Part shown: piece after piece, positions 31,303-41,375 of the stretch
Numbering within the stretch: position 1 is the stretch's first letter
Layout of the letters: each line of letters begins with the position of its first letter
From: Candidatus Melainabacteria bacterium RIFCSPHIGHO2_02_FULL_34_12
GTDB lineage: Bacteria > Cyanobacteriota > Vampirovibrionia > 2-02-FULL-35-15
Length of the DNA: 64,000 nt
Assembly: GCA_001784555.1 (NCBI GenBank)
Contig: MFRM01000020.1
Span: forward strand, 101,733 to 165,732
Direction: 5' to 3'
The notes under the pieces: generated by a model
Databases searched by the model: none
Seen by the model: only the letters and a program-made list of their open reading frames with translations
What the model was told of the DNA's origin: nothing
Translations under genes and position numbers: made by a program

Positions 31303-34300
31303 TTAGTTTTGGGAGCCCTGAAACACATTAGTAGGAGTTGAAGTTTTTCCTGGTATCAGGATTTCAACTTTAATTTCAGGCATCATATTGGAAATATTTT
31401 TTATGAGATTTTCGCCTGGCTCAACCCAAAGTTTTCGATCAAGCATAAGCCTGGTGGTTTTATTCTCCTTTGTGGTTTCGATAAAAATCGGACAAAACTG
31501 ATTGGGTTTTTCTTTTTGAAGAATACTTCTTAGTGAATGAATGGTGGTATAAGTATCATTATTCAATGAAACTTTCTCAGGTATTTTTATAAGAAGAAAT
31601 TTTAAATCTTCCAATGGATGTAATGCTTTAATTTGAAGGCTTATATTACCTTCGCTTTTTTGTTGCAGTCTGCCTATAATTGCAAGAGTCGTTTCTGGTA
31701 CAAGAAATTCTCCAAACTGTGCTAGCTGATCAGAAAAAATCACAGCTTCTACTTTTCCTAACATATCTTCTAACTGTACAATTCCAATAATTTTATTTGT
31801 TTTTGTCAGTCTTTTATTTACCTCACTAACAACAGCAACTGTCAGAATCTCAGTATTGTCTGGTATTTCATGTATTTCCGAGAGATTACAGGATGCAATT
31901 TTTAAAACATAGTCCGGTACATTTTCAAGTGGATGGCTTGAAATGTAAAAACCGGTGAGCTCTTTTTCCATAAGTTGAAGTTCTTTCTGGGAAAATTCTC
32001 CTATATCACTATGGGTTTTTCCGCTCCCATTTAAATTTTCGATAAATTCTGAAGGAGCCCCAAATAGATTTAACTGACCGCTGGATGAAAGCTCTTTTCT
32101 TCTTTGACTAAGGCCCACTGTTTCTTCAAGAGATTCAATTAGATATTTTCTGTTTTGTTTCAGAGAATCAAATGCACCGGATTTAATTAACGATTCCAAA
32201 GTTTTTTTATTTGCAGCTCTTAAATCAATCAGTGAACAGAACTCTGATAAAGACTTAAATGTTCCGTTTTCTGATCTAGCCCTGATTATTTCGTTTACTG
32301 CTGGAATACCTACGTTTTTAATTGCAGCAAGTCCAAATCTGATTGAATTGTTCTGAATGTCTGCAGTAAAGTTTACTCCGGATAAATTTATATCTGGCGG
32401 TAGAATCAAAATCCCCATTTTTTTACATTCTGCCATGTAATATTTTATTTTGTCCTGATCATCTAGAACACTTGAAAGAAGTGCTGTCATGTATTCAATA
32501 GGATAATTAGCTTTTAAATATGCTGTTTGATAAGTAAGCATTCCGTAAGCTGCACTGTGTGATTTATTGAAACAATATTCTGCAAAGCTAACCATCATGT
32601 CATAAATTTCTTCAGCAAGTTTTGTATCGTATTTATTTTGTTTAAATCCGTCGATAAACTTGAGCCTGTATTTTGCCATTTCTTTGGGTTTCTTTTTACC
32701 CATTGCCTGACGCAAGAGATCGGCCTCTCCCAGGGTAAAGTTTGCCAGCTTAACAGCAATTTGCATGATTTGTTCCTGGTAAACAATAGAACCATAGGTA
32801 TCTTTTAAAATCGGTTCAATGGCAGGAAGCAAATAACGGATTTCTCTCTTGCCATTTTTTCTGTCTATAAATTCATTAATCATTCCGGTATCCAGGGGAC
32901 CTGGTCTGAAAAGTGCAATTAATGCAGATAAATCTTCAATGGTAGATGGCTTCATATCACGGGCTACTTGCTTCATCCCTGTGGAAGTTTCAAGCTGGAA
33001 GATACCTGCAAGTTGTCCTTCAGAAATCATCTTAAACACTTTTGAATCGTCAAGTGGAATTGATAAAAGATCTATTGTTTGGTTTCTTGTTTGCTTAATT
33101 ATTTCAATTGCTCTGTTTATCATGGTCAGGTTTCTAAGTCCTAAAAAGTCCATCTTTAAAAGCCCAAGATAAGCAAGATCATCCATGCTGTACTGTGTAA
33201 TTATGGTACCTTCATTGTTTTTTGAAAGCGGTACAATTTCTTTAAGGGGTTTATCAGAGATAACTACACCTGCAGCATGAACTCCAAATGTTTTATTAAC
33301 ACCTTCGATTTTTTCAGCAAGACTGACAATTTCTTTTACTTCAACGTTTGATTTATTTAACTCTTTAAATTCCTCATGATTTTCCTTCATCCAGGACAAT
33401 TCTCTGGGCTTACCTCTTACTACAGGAATTAGTTTTGCTATTTTTTCTGATTCACTGTACGGATAATCTAAAACTCTTGCAATGTCTTTAATTACTGCTC
33501 TTGAGGCAAGTTTGTTAAAGGTAATTATTTGTGCAACCCGATCTGTACCATATTTGTTTTTTACATATTCAAGTACTTCGTCACGCCTTTCTATACAAAA
33601 ATCAGTATCAATATCAGGCAGTGATTTTCTTTCTGGATTTAAAAACCTTTCAAAAAGCAAGTTATACTTCAGCGGGTCTATGTCTGTAATTCTTAATGCA
33701 AATGCCACAATAGAACCTGCTGCTGAGCCTCTTCCTGGTCCTACAGCAATACCGTTATCCTTTGCATATTTAATGAAATCCCATACAATTAAAAAATAAT
33801 TTGCAAAACCCAGATTAAAAATTACTTCAAGCTCATGTTCTGTTCTTTCCTTAATTTCAGGTGTAGTGTTTTTATATCTTTTTTCAATTCCTTCCCAGAC
33901 AAGCTTAGAAAGAAATTTTTCTTTTGTATAGCCTTCCGGAAGCGGATATTCCGGTAAGCGCATAAACGTTTCTGACAGAATATTATATCCTTCAATTTTT
34001 TCTGTAATCTCAAGAGGAGACATTAAAACTGCTTGTCTAATTGATTCGTTATCAAGCTGATCAGAGAAAAGCCTAAGCATTTCATTCCCATTTTTTACAT
34101 ATTCAGTTCCTGTGAAATGCATCCTGGGAAAGTCTTTTACAAGTTTATTAGTCTGAAGACATAACATTGCATCCTGTGCTATTGCATCTTCTTTATTTGT
34201 AAAATGACTGTCGTTAGTGGCTACAATTTTAAGATTTAATTCTTTTGCAAGTTTTACCATTTGAGGATTTACAAACTTTTCCTCAATTAAGCCATGATCC

Positions 34301-34839
34301 TGAATCTCAAGATAGAAATCTTCTCCAAAAATATTTTTATATATGCCTGCAATTTCACGTGCTCTTTCATATTCTCCTTTTAAAATTGTATTTGGAACTT
34401 CCCCTCCAAGACAGGCTGTAAGTGCTACTAATCCTTTACTGTGCTTTTCAAGAAACTCTTTGTTAACTCTTGGTTTGTAATAAAAACCATTTAAATTACT
34501 TTCAGTAACAATTTTTGAGAGATTAACATAGCCTATATCATTTTTTGCCAGTAGAATAAGATGATAAAGTGGGTTTCGTGTGGTTTTATCAAGGTGATCC
34601 CCATTTACAATATAGGTCTCACATCCTATTATTGGTTTTATTCCCTCACTTTTAGCTGCCCGGAATAACTCAGTAGCGCCATACATCACTCCATGGTCTG
34701 TTATTGCAAGGGCTGGAATATTATTTAGCTTAGCTTTTTTAATTAAATCTTTTATTTTGCTTGTACCGTCTAACAAGCTATATTCAGTATGTAGGTGCAA
34801 TGGAACATGCTGTGGAATATCCTTAATGTCTGTTTCCAT
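31303..34839 (-). CDS. dnaE: DNA polymerase III subunit alpha
   Basis: 1178 aa; PHP domain (HLHTEYSLLDG), polymerase core, OB fold. Confidence 0.95.
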   Translation of the reverse strand: METDIKDIPQHVPLHLHTEYSLLDGTSKIKDLIKKAKLNNIPALAITDHGVMYGATELFRAAKSEGIKPIIGCETYIVNGDHLDKTTRNPLYHLILLAKNDIGYVNLSKIVTESNLNGFYYKPRVNKEFLEKHSKGLVALTACLGGEVPNTILKGEYERAREIAGIYKNIFGEDFYLEIQDHGLIEEKFVNPQMVKLAKELNLKIVATNDSHFTNKEDAIAQDAMLCLQTNKLVKDFPRMHFTGTEYVKNGNEMLRLFSDQLDNESIRQAVLMSPLEITEKIEGYNILSETFMRLPEYPLPEGYTKEKFLSKLVWEGIEKRYKNTTPEIKERTEHELEVIFNLGFANYFLIVWDFIKYAKDNGIAVGPGRGSAAGSIVAFALRITDIDPLKYNLLFERFLNPERKSLPDIDTDFCIERRDEVLEYVKNKYGTDRVAQIITFNKLASRAVIKDIARVLDYPYSESEKIAKLIPVVRGKPRELSWMKENHEEFKELNKSNVEVKEIVSLAEKIEGVNKTFGVHAAGVVISDKPLKEIVPLSKNNEGTIITQYSMDDLAYLGLLKMDFLGLRNLTMINRAIEIIKQTRNQTIDLLSIPLDDSKVFKMISEGQLAGIFQLETSTGMKQVARDMKPSTIEDLSALIALFRPGPLDTGMINEFIDRKNGKREIRYLLPAIEPILKDTYGSIVYQEQIMQIAVKLANFTLGEADLLRQAMGKKKPKEMAKYRLKFIDGFKQNKYDTKLAEEIYDMMVSFAEYCFNKSHSAAYGMLTYQTAYLKANYPIEYMTALLSSVLDDQDKIKYYMAECKKMGILILPPDINLSGVNFTADIQNNSIRFGLAAIKNVGIPAVNEIIRARSENGTFKSLSEFCSLIDLRAANKKTLESLIKSGAFDSLKQNRKYLIESLEETVGLSQRRKELSSSGQLNLFGAPSEFIENLNGSGKTHSDIGEFSQKELQLMEKELTGFYISSHPLENVPDYVLKIASCNLSEIHEIPDNTEILTVAVVSEVNKRLTKTNKIIGIVQLEDMLGKVEAVIFSDQLAQFGEFLVPETTLAIIGRLQQKSEGNISLQIKALHPLEDLKFLLIKIPEKVSLNNDTYTTIHSLRSILQKEKPNQFCPIFIETTKENKTTRLMLDRKLWVEPGENLIKNISNMMPEIKVEILIPGKTSTPTNVFQGSQN

Positions 34840-34857
34840 AGCGACATTCTAACATTC

Positions 34858-35289
34858 TTATTTCTTTGCTAATTTTGCGTCTAATCCCCAGACTCTTCCA
34901 GCACCATTTGCAAATGCTGCAAATTGAGAAAAGATTAAAATGATGTTTACAAATTGGGAAGGAATAGTAGTGGCCACAAAATAATAATTTAAGTTCATAA
35001 ATATTCCGACAAAAGCTGCAATTCCCAATGGAAATCCAATAAGAAATGATATACCAGTTAATATTTCTCCCCATACAGTAAGCTGTGCAAAAATCTGAGA
35101 GTTTGGCATTATATATTGATTTAAAAAAGATGAATAAAATTCAAATGGTGAGTTCTTTGCAAAACTAGATAGTGTTCCTGGAAATGAACTTATGAATTCT
35201 TTGTTAAAAAGTTTACTTAACCCTGTGCTAAGCCAAATGTAACTTATTGAAAGTCGAAGTAATAATAGTGATAATTCGTTAAGTCTCAT
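34858..35289 (-). CDS. DoxX family membrane protein
   Basis: 143 aa; 4 TM; DoxX-like N-terminus. Confidence 0.6.
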   Translation of the reverse strand: MRLNELSLLLLRLSISYIWLSTGLSKLFNKEFISSFPGTLSSFAKNSPFEFYSSFLNQYIMPNSQIFAQLTVWGEILTGISFLIGFPLGIAAFVGIFMNLNYYFVATTIPSQFVNIILIFSQFAAFANGAGRVWGLDAKLAKK

Positions 35290-35297
35290 GAATAAAC

Positions 35298-35549
35298 CTA
35301 AGCAGGAAGAACGTTAACTAGTTGTTTCCCTCTTCGTTTTTCAAATTGCACAAACCCATCAGAAAGTGCAAATAAGGTATGATCTCTTCCTATTCCTACA
35401 TTATTTCCAGGGTGATATTTCGTACCTCTTTGTCTGATTATAATATTTCCAGCAATGACCTTTTCGCTACCATAAGCCTTAACTCCTAAATATTTGGGGT
35501 TGCTGTCTCTGCCATTTCTTGTTGAACCTACGCCTTTTTTTGATGCCAT
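35298..35549 (-). CDS. rpmA: 50S ribosomal protein L27
   Basis: 83 aa; [24 protein letters not shown]... Confidence 0.95.
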   Translation of the reverse strand: MASKKGVGSTRNGRDSNPKYLGVKAYGSEKVIAGNIIIRQRGTKYHPGNNVGIGRDHTLFALSDGFVQFEKRRGKQLVNVLPA

Positions 35550-35565
35550 TTTTTCTCCTAACAGC

Positions 35566-36000
35566 TTATTTAGTTGCTTTTTTCTTTACTTTTGTGCTTT
35601 TTTCTTTTGAAGTATCTTCTGTGTCTGTTTTAATCTCTTCTTTTTTTACTTTAGCTTTTCTTTCTTCTGCTTTTGAAAGTACTTTACCATCCAGTTCAAT
35701 ACTTTCAATAAAAACTCTTGAGTAAAATTGTCTGTGACCGAATTTTTTTCTGGTACCTTTTTTAGGTCTCATTTTATAAACAATTACTTTATCGTCTTTG
35801 CCAGCTTCTATTACTTCACCTTTTACAGATGCACCGCTTATGTATGGACTTCCAACTTTGGATTCTTTTCCGTTTACCAGCATAAGAACATTATTAAGAG
35901 AGACCTTTGAGCCTTTATCTTCTGGGATTTTTTCAATATCAATAAAGCGGCCAGCTGCGGCTTTTATTTGTTTTCCACCTGTTTCAAGTATTGCAAACAT
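35566..36000 (-). CDS. rplU: 50S ribosomal protein L21 with ~40-aa Lys-rich C-terminal extension
   Basis: 144 aa; [11 protein letters not shown] core; tail ...[15 protein letters not shown]...KVKKKATK. Confidence 0.9.
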   Translation of the reverse strand: MFAILETGGKQIKAAAGRFIDIEKIPEDKGSKVSLNNVLMLVNGKESKVGSPYISGASVKGEVIEAGKDDKVIVYKMRPKKGTRKKFGHRQFYSRVFIESIELDGKVLSKAEERKAKVKKEEIKTDTEDTSKEKSTKVKKKATK

Positions 36001-36023
36001 AGGGTTTTTATTTTAACATGCTT

Positions 36024-36506
36024 TTATGTATATTTACTTTTTGCTTCTTTAATTGATCTTTGTAATTCTTTTTTCTTAATGGCTTCTCTTTTGTCATACA
36101 TCTTTTTGCCTTTGCCAAGCCCGAGTTCAAGTTTTGCCCAGTTCTTTGAAAAGTAAATTTTAAGAGGGATTAAGTTCACATTTTTTTCTTTTACTTTCGA
36201 GTAAATTTTTAATATTTCTTTCTTATTTAAAAGCAATTTCCGCTTTCTTAAAGGAGTGTGATTAAATCTGTTTCCAAACTGATAAGGTGAAATATGACAG
36301 TTATATAACCAAACTTCTCCTTTCTCAATTTTTGCATAGCTGTCTTTTAGCTGTGCTCTGCCTGTACGAATAGATTTCACTTCTGTACCGGTCAATGCTA
36401 TTCCACAAGTAATTGAATCTTCAATGAAAAAATCATGACGTGCTTTTCGATTCTCGATTACTACTGATTGTCTTTTTGATTTCGATTTATTTTTTTTGGA
36501 TGGCAT
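36024..36506 (-). CDS. smpB: SsrA-binding protein
   Basis: 160 aa; NRKARHDFFIED..GTEVKSIR. Confidence 0.92.
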   Translation of the reverse strand: MPSKKNKSKSKRQSVVIENRKARHDFFIEDSITCGIALTGTEVKSIRTGRAQLKDSYAKIEKGEVWLYNCHISPYQFGNRFNHTPLRKRKLLLNKKEILKIYSKVKEKNVNLIPLKIYFSKNWAKLELGLGKGKKMYDKREAIKKKELQRSIKEAKSKYT

Positions 36507-36520
36507 AATTAACGATTATA

Positions 36521-36548
36521 GTAGAGGCGTTGCATGCAACGCCTCTAC
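36521..36548. repeat. perfect 28-bp palindrome GTAGAGGCGTTGCATGCAACGCCTCTAC between pyrH and smpB
   Basis: Exact self-complementarity; 24/28 identical to the trpA-internal copy, with differences compensated symmetrically. Confidence 0.9.
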
Positions 36549-36567
36549 ATAACAAGAATGTTGTTGA

Positions 36568-37311
36568 TTACCCCTTCTGTGGCTGAAGATTAGTGCCTAT
36601 TAAGGTTCCTACTTTTTCACCCTGAACGATTTGTTTAATTAATCCTTTTGAGCTGAAGTCAAAAACAATAATTGGAATATTGCTTTCTTGTGCAAGAGCG
36701 ACTGCAGCTGCATCTATGACTTTTAATTCTTTACTTAGAACTTCGTTATAAGTTAAATTACTATATTTTTTAGCTGTGGAATTTTTCTTAGGATCGCTGT
36801 CATAAACACCATCTACGCCATGTTTGGCCATAAGCAGAACATTGGCATCAATTTCAGCTGCTCTTAGAGCTGCAGTGGTATCTGTAGTAAAAAATGGATT
36901 ACCTGTGCCTGCTGCAAATATTACTACTCTTCCTTTTTCAAGGTGTCTGACTGCTCTTCTTCTTATATAAGGTTCAGCAATTGCTCTCATTTCAATAGCT
37001 GACTGAACTCTGGTGTTTACATTTAACGATTCTAAAACTCCTTGCAGAACAAGACTGTTCATTACTGTGGCAAGCATTCCGATGTAATCTGCTGCTGCAC
37101 GATCCATTCCTAGGGCAGCGCTGGATTGCACCCCGCGAAAAATATTTCCTCCGCCAACGACAATGGCTATTTGTACTCCAAGCTCATGTGCACTTTTAAC
37201 TTCCTGTGCTATTTGATTTACAATTCTTGGATCAATTCCTGAGGATTGATTACCCATTAAAGCTTCGCCGGATAATTTAAGTAAGATTCTTTGATAAACA
37301 AACTTTGACAT
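36568..37311 (-). CDS. pyrH: UMP kinase
   Basis: 247 aa; [15 protein letters not shown] motif. Confidence 0.93.
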   Translation of the reverse strand: MSKFVYQRILLKLSGEALMGNQSSGIDPRIVNQIAQEVKSAHELGVQIAIVVGGGNIFRGVQSSAALGMDRAAADYIGMLATVMNSLVLQGVLESLNVNTRVQSAIEMRAIAEPYIRRRAVRHLEKGRVVIFAAGTGNPFFTTDTTAALRAAEIDANVLLMAKHGVDGVYDSDPKKNSTAKKYSNLTYNEVLSKELKVIDAAAVALAQESNIPIIVFDFSSKGLIKQIVQGEKVGTLIGTNLQPQKG

Positions 37312-37341
37312 TGTTAAATTGTTAAGTTGGTAAATTGTTAA

Positions 37342-38268
37342 CTAAGATATACCCACTGTGGTTTTTTGACTATCATTTGAAGATTTTTCAAATGTCTCAC
37401 CAACATTGTAACGTATAAATTGAGCTACACGAATATCGGTATTTAATTGTTTGCTTTTATCTTTAATTAATTTTTCAATTGTTATGGTTTGATCTTTAAT
37501 ATATGGCTGATCCAGAAGGCATCTTTGAGCAAGTATTTTATCCAGCCTTCCCTTTACAATTTTTTCTGCTATTTCTTTTGGTTTATTAGCTAAGTCTTCT
37601 TTACCCAGTTCAATTCTTTTTTCGTTTTCTATAATGTCTTGTGGAATTTTTGTTTTATCAATATATTCTGCCTGAGGCTGAGCAGCTGCAATGTGCATTG
37701 CAATGTCTCTTGCCAGTTGTTCCAGCTCAGCTGATGTTGCATTTGAACTTGCAGTTAGTTTTACCAACACTCCGATTTTGTTTCCTACAGGATGTATATA
37801 AGTTCCTATGATTCCTTCATCGCTGTTTAATTCATAAAGCTCATATCTTCTGATTTGTATATTTTCTCCAATGGTTGCAATTCTGCTTGAAATTAAATCA
37901 GATATAGATGCTCCGCCTGCTTTAATATTTAATAAATTATCAATGGACTTTGATTTGTTTGTTAATATACAGTCTAATATAGTTCTAGACAGTTCAACAA
38001 ACAGTTCGTTTTTTGCTACAAAATCAGTCTGTGTATTTATCTCAAGGATGGCTCCTGTTTTCTTATCGTTTGAAATTTTGCTAGCCACAATACCTTCAAG
38101 AGCAGCTTTTTCTGCTTTTTTTGCAGCTGCAACCAATCCTTTTTGTCTTAAAAGTTCCCCAGCTTTTTCAATATTACCATTGGCTTCAGTAAGAGCATTC
38201 TTACACTCCATCATGCCAGCACCTGTTTTTTGTCTGAGGTTAGCTACGTCTTTTGCAGTGAATGCCAT
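37342..38268 (-). CDS. tsf: elongation factor Ts (long form)
   Basis: 308 aa; N-terminal UBA-like region ..LRQKTGAGMMECKNAL.. Confidence 0.92.
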   Translation of the reverse strand: MAFTAKDVANLRQKTGAGMMECKNALTEANGNIEKAGELLRQKGLVAAAKKAEKAALEGIVASKISNDKKTGAILEINTQTDFVAKNELFVELSRTILDCILTNKSKSIDNLLNIKAGGASISDLISSRIATIGENIQIRRYELYELNSDEGIIGTYIHPVGNKIGVLVKLTASSNATSAELEQLARDIAMHIAAAQPQAEYIDKTKIPQDIIENEKRIELGKEDLANKPKEIAEKIVKGRLDKILAQRCLLDQPYIKDQTITIEKLIKDKSKQLNTDIRVAQFIRYNVGETFEKSSNDSQKTTVGIS

Positions 38269-38272
38269 GTTT

Positions 38273-39097
38273 TTAGGTTGCTTCCTGTTCTTGTGGAATT
38301 GCTGTAGCTATTATTTCCTGTACTAATTTTACAGGAGATTGTTTTAGATTTGTGTTAGATAGTTTTTTTGAAAATCCGTTTTTACTTGCAGATGATTTAT
38401 GTACATCAGGAATCTGACCTTCGTGACCTTCGATAATTGCATTTGCAACTATGCCAGTGATTAATTTTACTGACCTGATTGAATCGTCATTACCGGGAAT
38501 AGGATAATCGATTCCTTCAGGATCACAATTCGAGTCTATCATTGCTGTAACTTTTACACCCATTTGTTTGGCTTCTTTAATAGCAATTTGTTCTTCCTGC
38601 TGATCAATTACAAATAAAATATCAGCTTTTCCTCTCATGTTTTTAATTCCACCCAGAGTTTTTTGGAGTTTATCAAGTTCTTTGTTAAAAACAGAAAGCT
38701 CTTTTTTGTTTGTATGTGCAAGGGTTCCGCTTTCCTCCATTTCTTCCAGTTCTCTTAGTCTGTTTAGTCTTTGTCTGATGGTGTCAAAATTTGTCAGAAG
38801 TCCACCTAGCCATCTTCTGTTTATATAAAATGCTCCGCATCTAATAGCTTCTTCTTTAACGATTTCTGAAATATGTCTTTTTGTGCCGACAAAAATAATG
38901 TTTTTTTTCTGTGAAGCTGCTTCTTTTAAAAATGTACATGCTTTTTCAAGAAGATCAGTGGTTTTAATAAGATTAATTATGCATACCCCGTTTTTATCTC
39001 CATAAATGTAAGGTTGCATTTTTGGATTCCATTTTTTTCTTAGGTGTCCCAAATGAACACCGGCTTCTAATAGATCTTTTATTTCTACAGTTTGCAT
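38273..39097 (-). CDS. rpsB: 30S ribosomal protein S2
   Basis: 274 aa; LLEAGVHLGH... Confidence 0.93.
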   Translation of the reverse strand: MQTVEIKDLLEAGVHLGHLRKKWNPKMQPYIYGDKNGVCIINLIKTTDLLEKACTFLKEAASQKKNIIFVGTKRHISEIVKEEAIRCGAFYINRRWLGGLLTNFDTIRQRLNRLRELEEMEESGTLAHTNKKELSVFNKELDKLQKTLGGIKNMRGKADILFVIDQQEEQIAIKEAKQMGVKVTAMIDSNCDPEGIDYPIPGNDDSIRSVKLITGIVANAIIEGHEGQIPDVHKSSASKNGFSKKLSNTNLKQSPVKLVQEIIATAIPQEQEAT

Positions 39098-39242
39098 CTT
39101 AAAAAGTGTATTTTCCCCTTTATTTGTTTTTAATATTCAACGGACAAGCCATAATGAATTATAACTTGGTCATTTTACCACGCAAAATATTTGGAATAAC
39201 AAATATTATTTTTTAAAGTAAGATACTTATCCCTGCAAATTA

Positions 39243-39773
39243 TTAATGATATGGTACGAAATCATTAGGATTAAACGGTACTGCAATAGGTCCTGATAAA
39301 TACCTGTTTTGTATTTCAGGTGAAAAATTAGCCAGGTCTTCTCTTTGAAGTTCAATATTAAACATTGTTTGTCCCCTGGTAATAAATACCTTTACTTTGG
39401 TTCCAGGTTTTCCTGAGAGCATTTGATATACACCATCTGATGTAAGATAATCTGTTCTCGTTCCATCAATTGCAAAAATTAAATCTCTGGGTTTTAATCC
39501 TGCTCTGCTAGCTGGTGAATTTGGATAAACCTGTTCTACAAATGATGAATAACCTGTTTGATGTATGAACTTTAAACCAATTACTCCGATACCTGTTAAT
39601 GGTTTTACTTTAGTAATGTCTTCTCTGATGTTTCCTTTTAAAGTCACGCCTTGATTATTTTCTTCTTGAAGCCAGGGAGGCAATTTAAGATCAAGTTCTT
39701 TAATTGCAAAAGCATTGCTATTTAAACTTAAAGCAAATATAAAAGATAACAAAAAGTAATAGTAGTATTTCAT
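39243..39773 (-). CDS. secreted PDZ-domain protein
   Basis: 176 aa; signal peptide; PDZ core (GIGVIGL..V.PNSPA.RAGLKPRDLI.AIDG). Confidence 0.65.
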   Translation of the reverse strand: MKYYYYFLLSFIFALSLNSNAFAIKELDLKLPPWLQEENNQGVTLKGNIREDITKVKPLTGIGVIGLKFIHQTGYSSFVEQVYPNSPASRAGLKPRDLIFAIDGTRTDYLTSDGVYQMLSGKPGTKVKVFITRGQTMFNIELQREDLANFSPEIQNRYLSGPIAVPFNPNDFVPYH

Positions 39774-39866
39774 AGTCTTATAACCTATAGAATTTAGATC
39801 CTTAACATTAAAGAATTATTAAACCCCTGAAATTTGGTTCAAAAAGTTTTATATCCCCTATTTGTA

Positions 39867-40085
39867 CTATATCGGCTCTTTTTGTTTGGTCTGTATTTTA
39901 ATAGCTTCAATTAAATCATTAGGAGTGATAAACCCATGTTCTAGTAGTATTTGCCCTACTGGTTTGTGTTCTTTTCCTTGGAAATCGAGTTCTTGTTGTT
40001 CATTCAGAGCAATTTTTAACTGTTCTTCGGTGAGTACCCCAAGACTTATTAAAATTTCACCGAGTAAATATTTTTTCTGTGTCAT
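39867..40085 (-). CDS. standalone MshEN-like (T2SS-E N-terminal type) domain protein, putative c-di-GMP receptor
   Basis: 72 aa; two tandem 24-aa motifs LGEILISLGVLTEEQLKIALNEQ and VGQILLEHGFITPNDLIEAIKIQ matching the MshEN consensus LGxxL(I/V)xxGxIxxxxLxxALxxQ; the opposing-strand ORF 39862..40092 is low-complexity. Confidence 0.55.
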   Translation of the reverse strand: MTQKKYLLGEILISLGVLTEEQLKIALNEQQELDFQGKEHKPVGQILLEHGFITPNDLIEAIKIQTKQKEPI

Positions 40086-40244
40086 TTCTTAATAGCTTAA
40101 CCAATATTTTTCAATGTTGCAACTTTATATAAATTCCTGCTCAGGGAAAATTGCTTTACTAAGTTATGTTCCCATATATAATTAGTTTAAAGCAACTTCT
40201 CGGGTTTTCTCAATATGCTAGGGGCAACCTTTCAAGAAGCTATC

Positions 40245-40355
40245 TTACTGTAAGAGCCATTAGGTATACCCAAAAATTTAACTTATGGCTGCTTAGTTTC
40301 CTACCTGACCAGGTTCACTGAATCTTTGCCATACCTAACAGCGGTTATTATTATA
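40245..40355 (-). ncRNA. ffs: signal recognition particle RNA (ffs); ends approximate, possibly a longer form
   Basis: - strand reads ...GUUAGGUAUGGCAAAGAUUCAGUGAACCUGGUCAGGUAGGAAACUAAGCAGCCAUAAG...AUACCUAAU; matches the helix-8 consensus CCAGGUCAGGU..GGAA..AAGCAGCC with closing helix; lies in a 366-bp ORF-free gap. Confidence 0.75.
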
Positions 40356-40458
40356 GCTCAAGACAGCTTGAGCTTCCATGGGTCAATCTTCTTACTTAGT
40401 ATTATTGATAAAATAAGCAAGGCGAAAAGATATAGTAAAAAATGATTAATATCTATCT

Positions 40459-41310
40459 ATGAATGAAGCAATATCAGTAATAATGCCAGCATTTAATTCT
40501 CAGGATTATATTGTAAGAGCTGTCAAAAGTGTCTTAAGTCAAACATATCAGAATTTTGAATTGATTATTATTTCAGATGATTTATTTGATTACAAACAAT
40601 TTTTAGAGTCGAAAGGGATCATTAATAAACGAATTAAGTATTTTAATACAGGGAAGTATAAAACCAGTCCGTCATTTGCTAGAAACATTGGCTTATCACT
40701 TGTAAAGAACAATATTGTTGCAGTATTGGACAGTGATGATACTTTCATTCCTGAAAAGCTTCAATTACTGCTTCCAAAAGTGATTGATTATGGGGTTGCT
40801 ACATGTGCTTTAAACTATAGAAAACCTGATGAAACATTAATAACAACTATTGGTGATGATGCAAACCAAAATATACTCACAGCAGATACTTTTCCATTTG
40901 TTAATTTTGGAGGCAATAGCATGATAGTTCTTGACATAGAAAAAATCCCCATTAAATTTTGTGAAATCTATCCGGTAATGGAAGATCTGGTTTTTGTTAT
41001 GAGTTGTTTTGATTATGTTGAAGAAATATATCACCATTCTAAACCATTACATAACTACTATTTTTCTTCTACATCACTTAGCAATAATCAAAACACAAAC
41101 AATTTGTTTATTGATACAAAAAAAGAGATGATTAAACAAATTGATTTGAGTTTATTTCCTGTAAAAAATGCAATTGCACAAAAATCAACTAAACAATTCC
41201 TTGAAATCTCCATAGATTGCGAGACTAAATTTTCTAAGCTTAAACAAAAAAATAAAGAAGCAGCATTTATTCCCTTTTTAAAAGAAACACTAAAATCATA
41301 TGTAAGTTAA
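40459..41310 (+). CDS. family 2 glycosyltransferase
   Basis: 283 aa; ISVIMPAFN...ELIIISDD DxD-type GT-A motifs. Confidence 0.75.
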   Translation: MNEAISVIMPAFNSQDYIVRAVKSVLSQTYQNFELIIISDDLFDYKQFLESKGIINKRIKYFNTGKYKTSPSFARNIGLSLVKNNIVAVLDSDDTFIPEKLQLLLPKVIDYGVATCALNYRKPDETLITTIGDDANQNILTADTFPFVNFGGNSMIVLDIEKIPIKFCEIYPVMEDLVFVMSCFDYVEEIYHHSKPLHNYYFSSTSLSNNQNTNNLFIDTKKEMIKQIDLSLFPVKNAIAQKSTKQFLEISIDCETKFSKLKQKNKEAAFIPFLKETLKSYVS

Positions 41311-41375
41311 AGATCTAAAGCGAGATACGTCATTGCAATGACAGTTACCCGGAATATTGAACACACCATTTTACT

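Noticed and set aside
39862-40092. 76-aa Cys/Ser-rich + strand ORF
   Set aside because: The overlapping - strand ORF carries two clean MshEN-type motifs; the + frame is low complexity.
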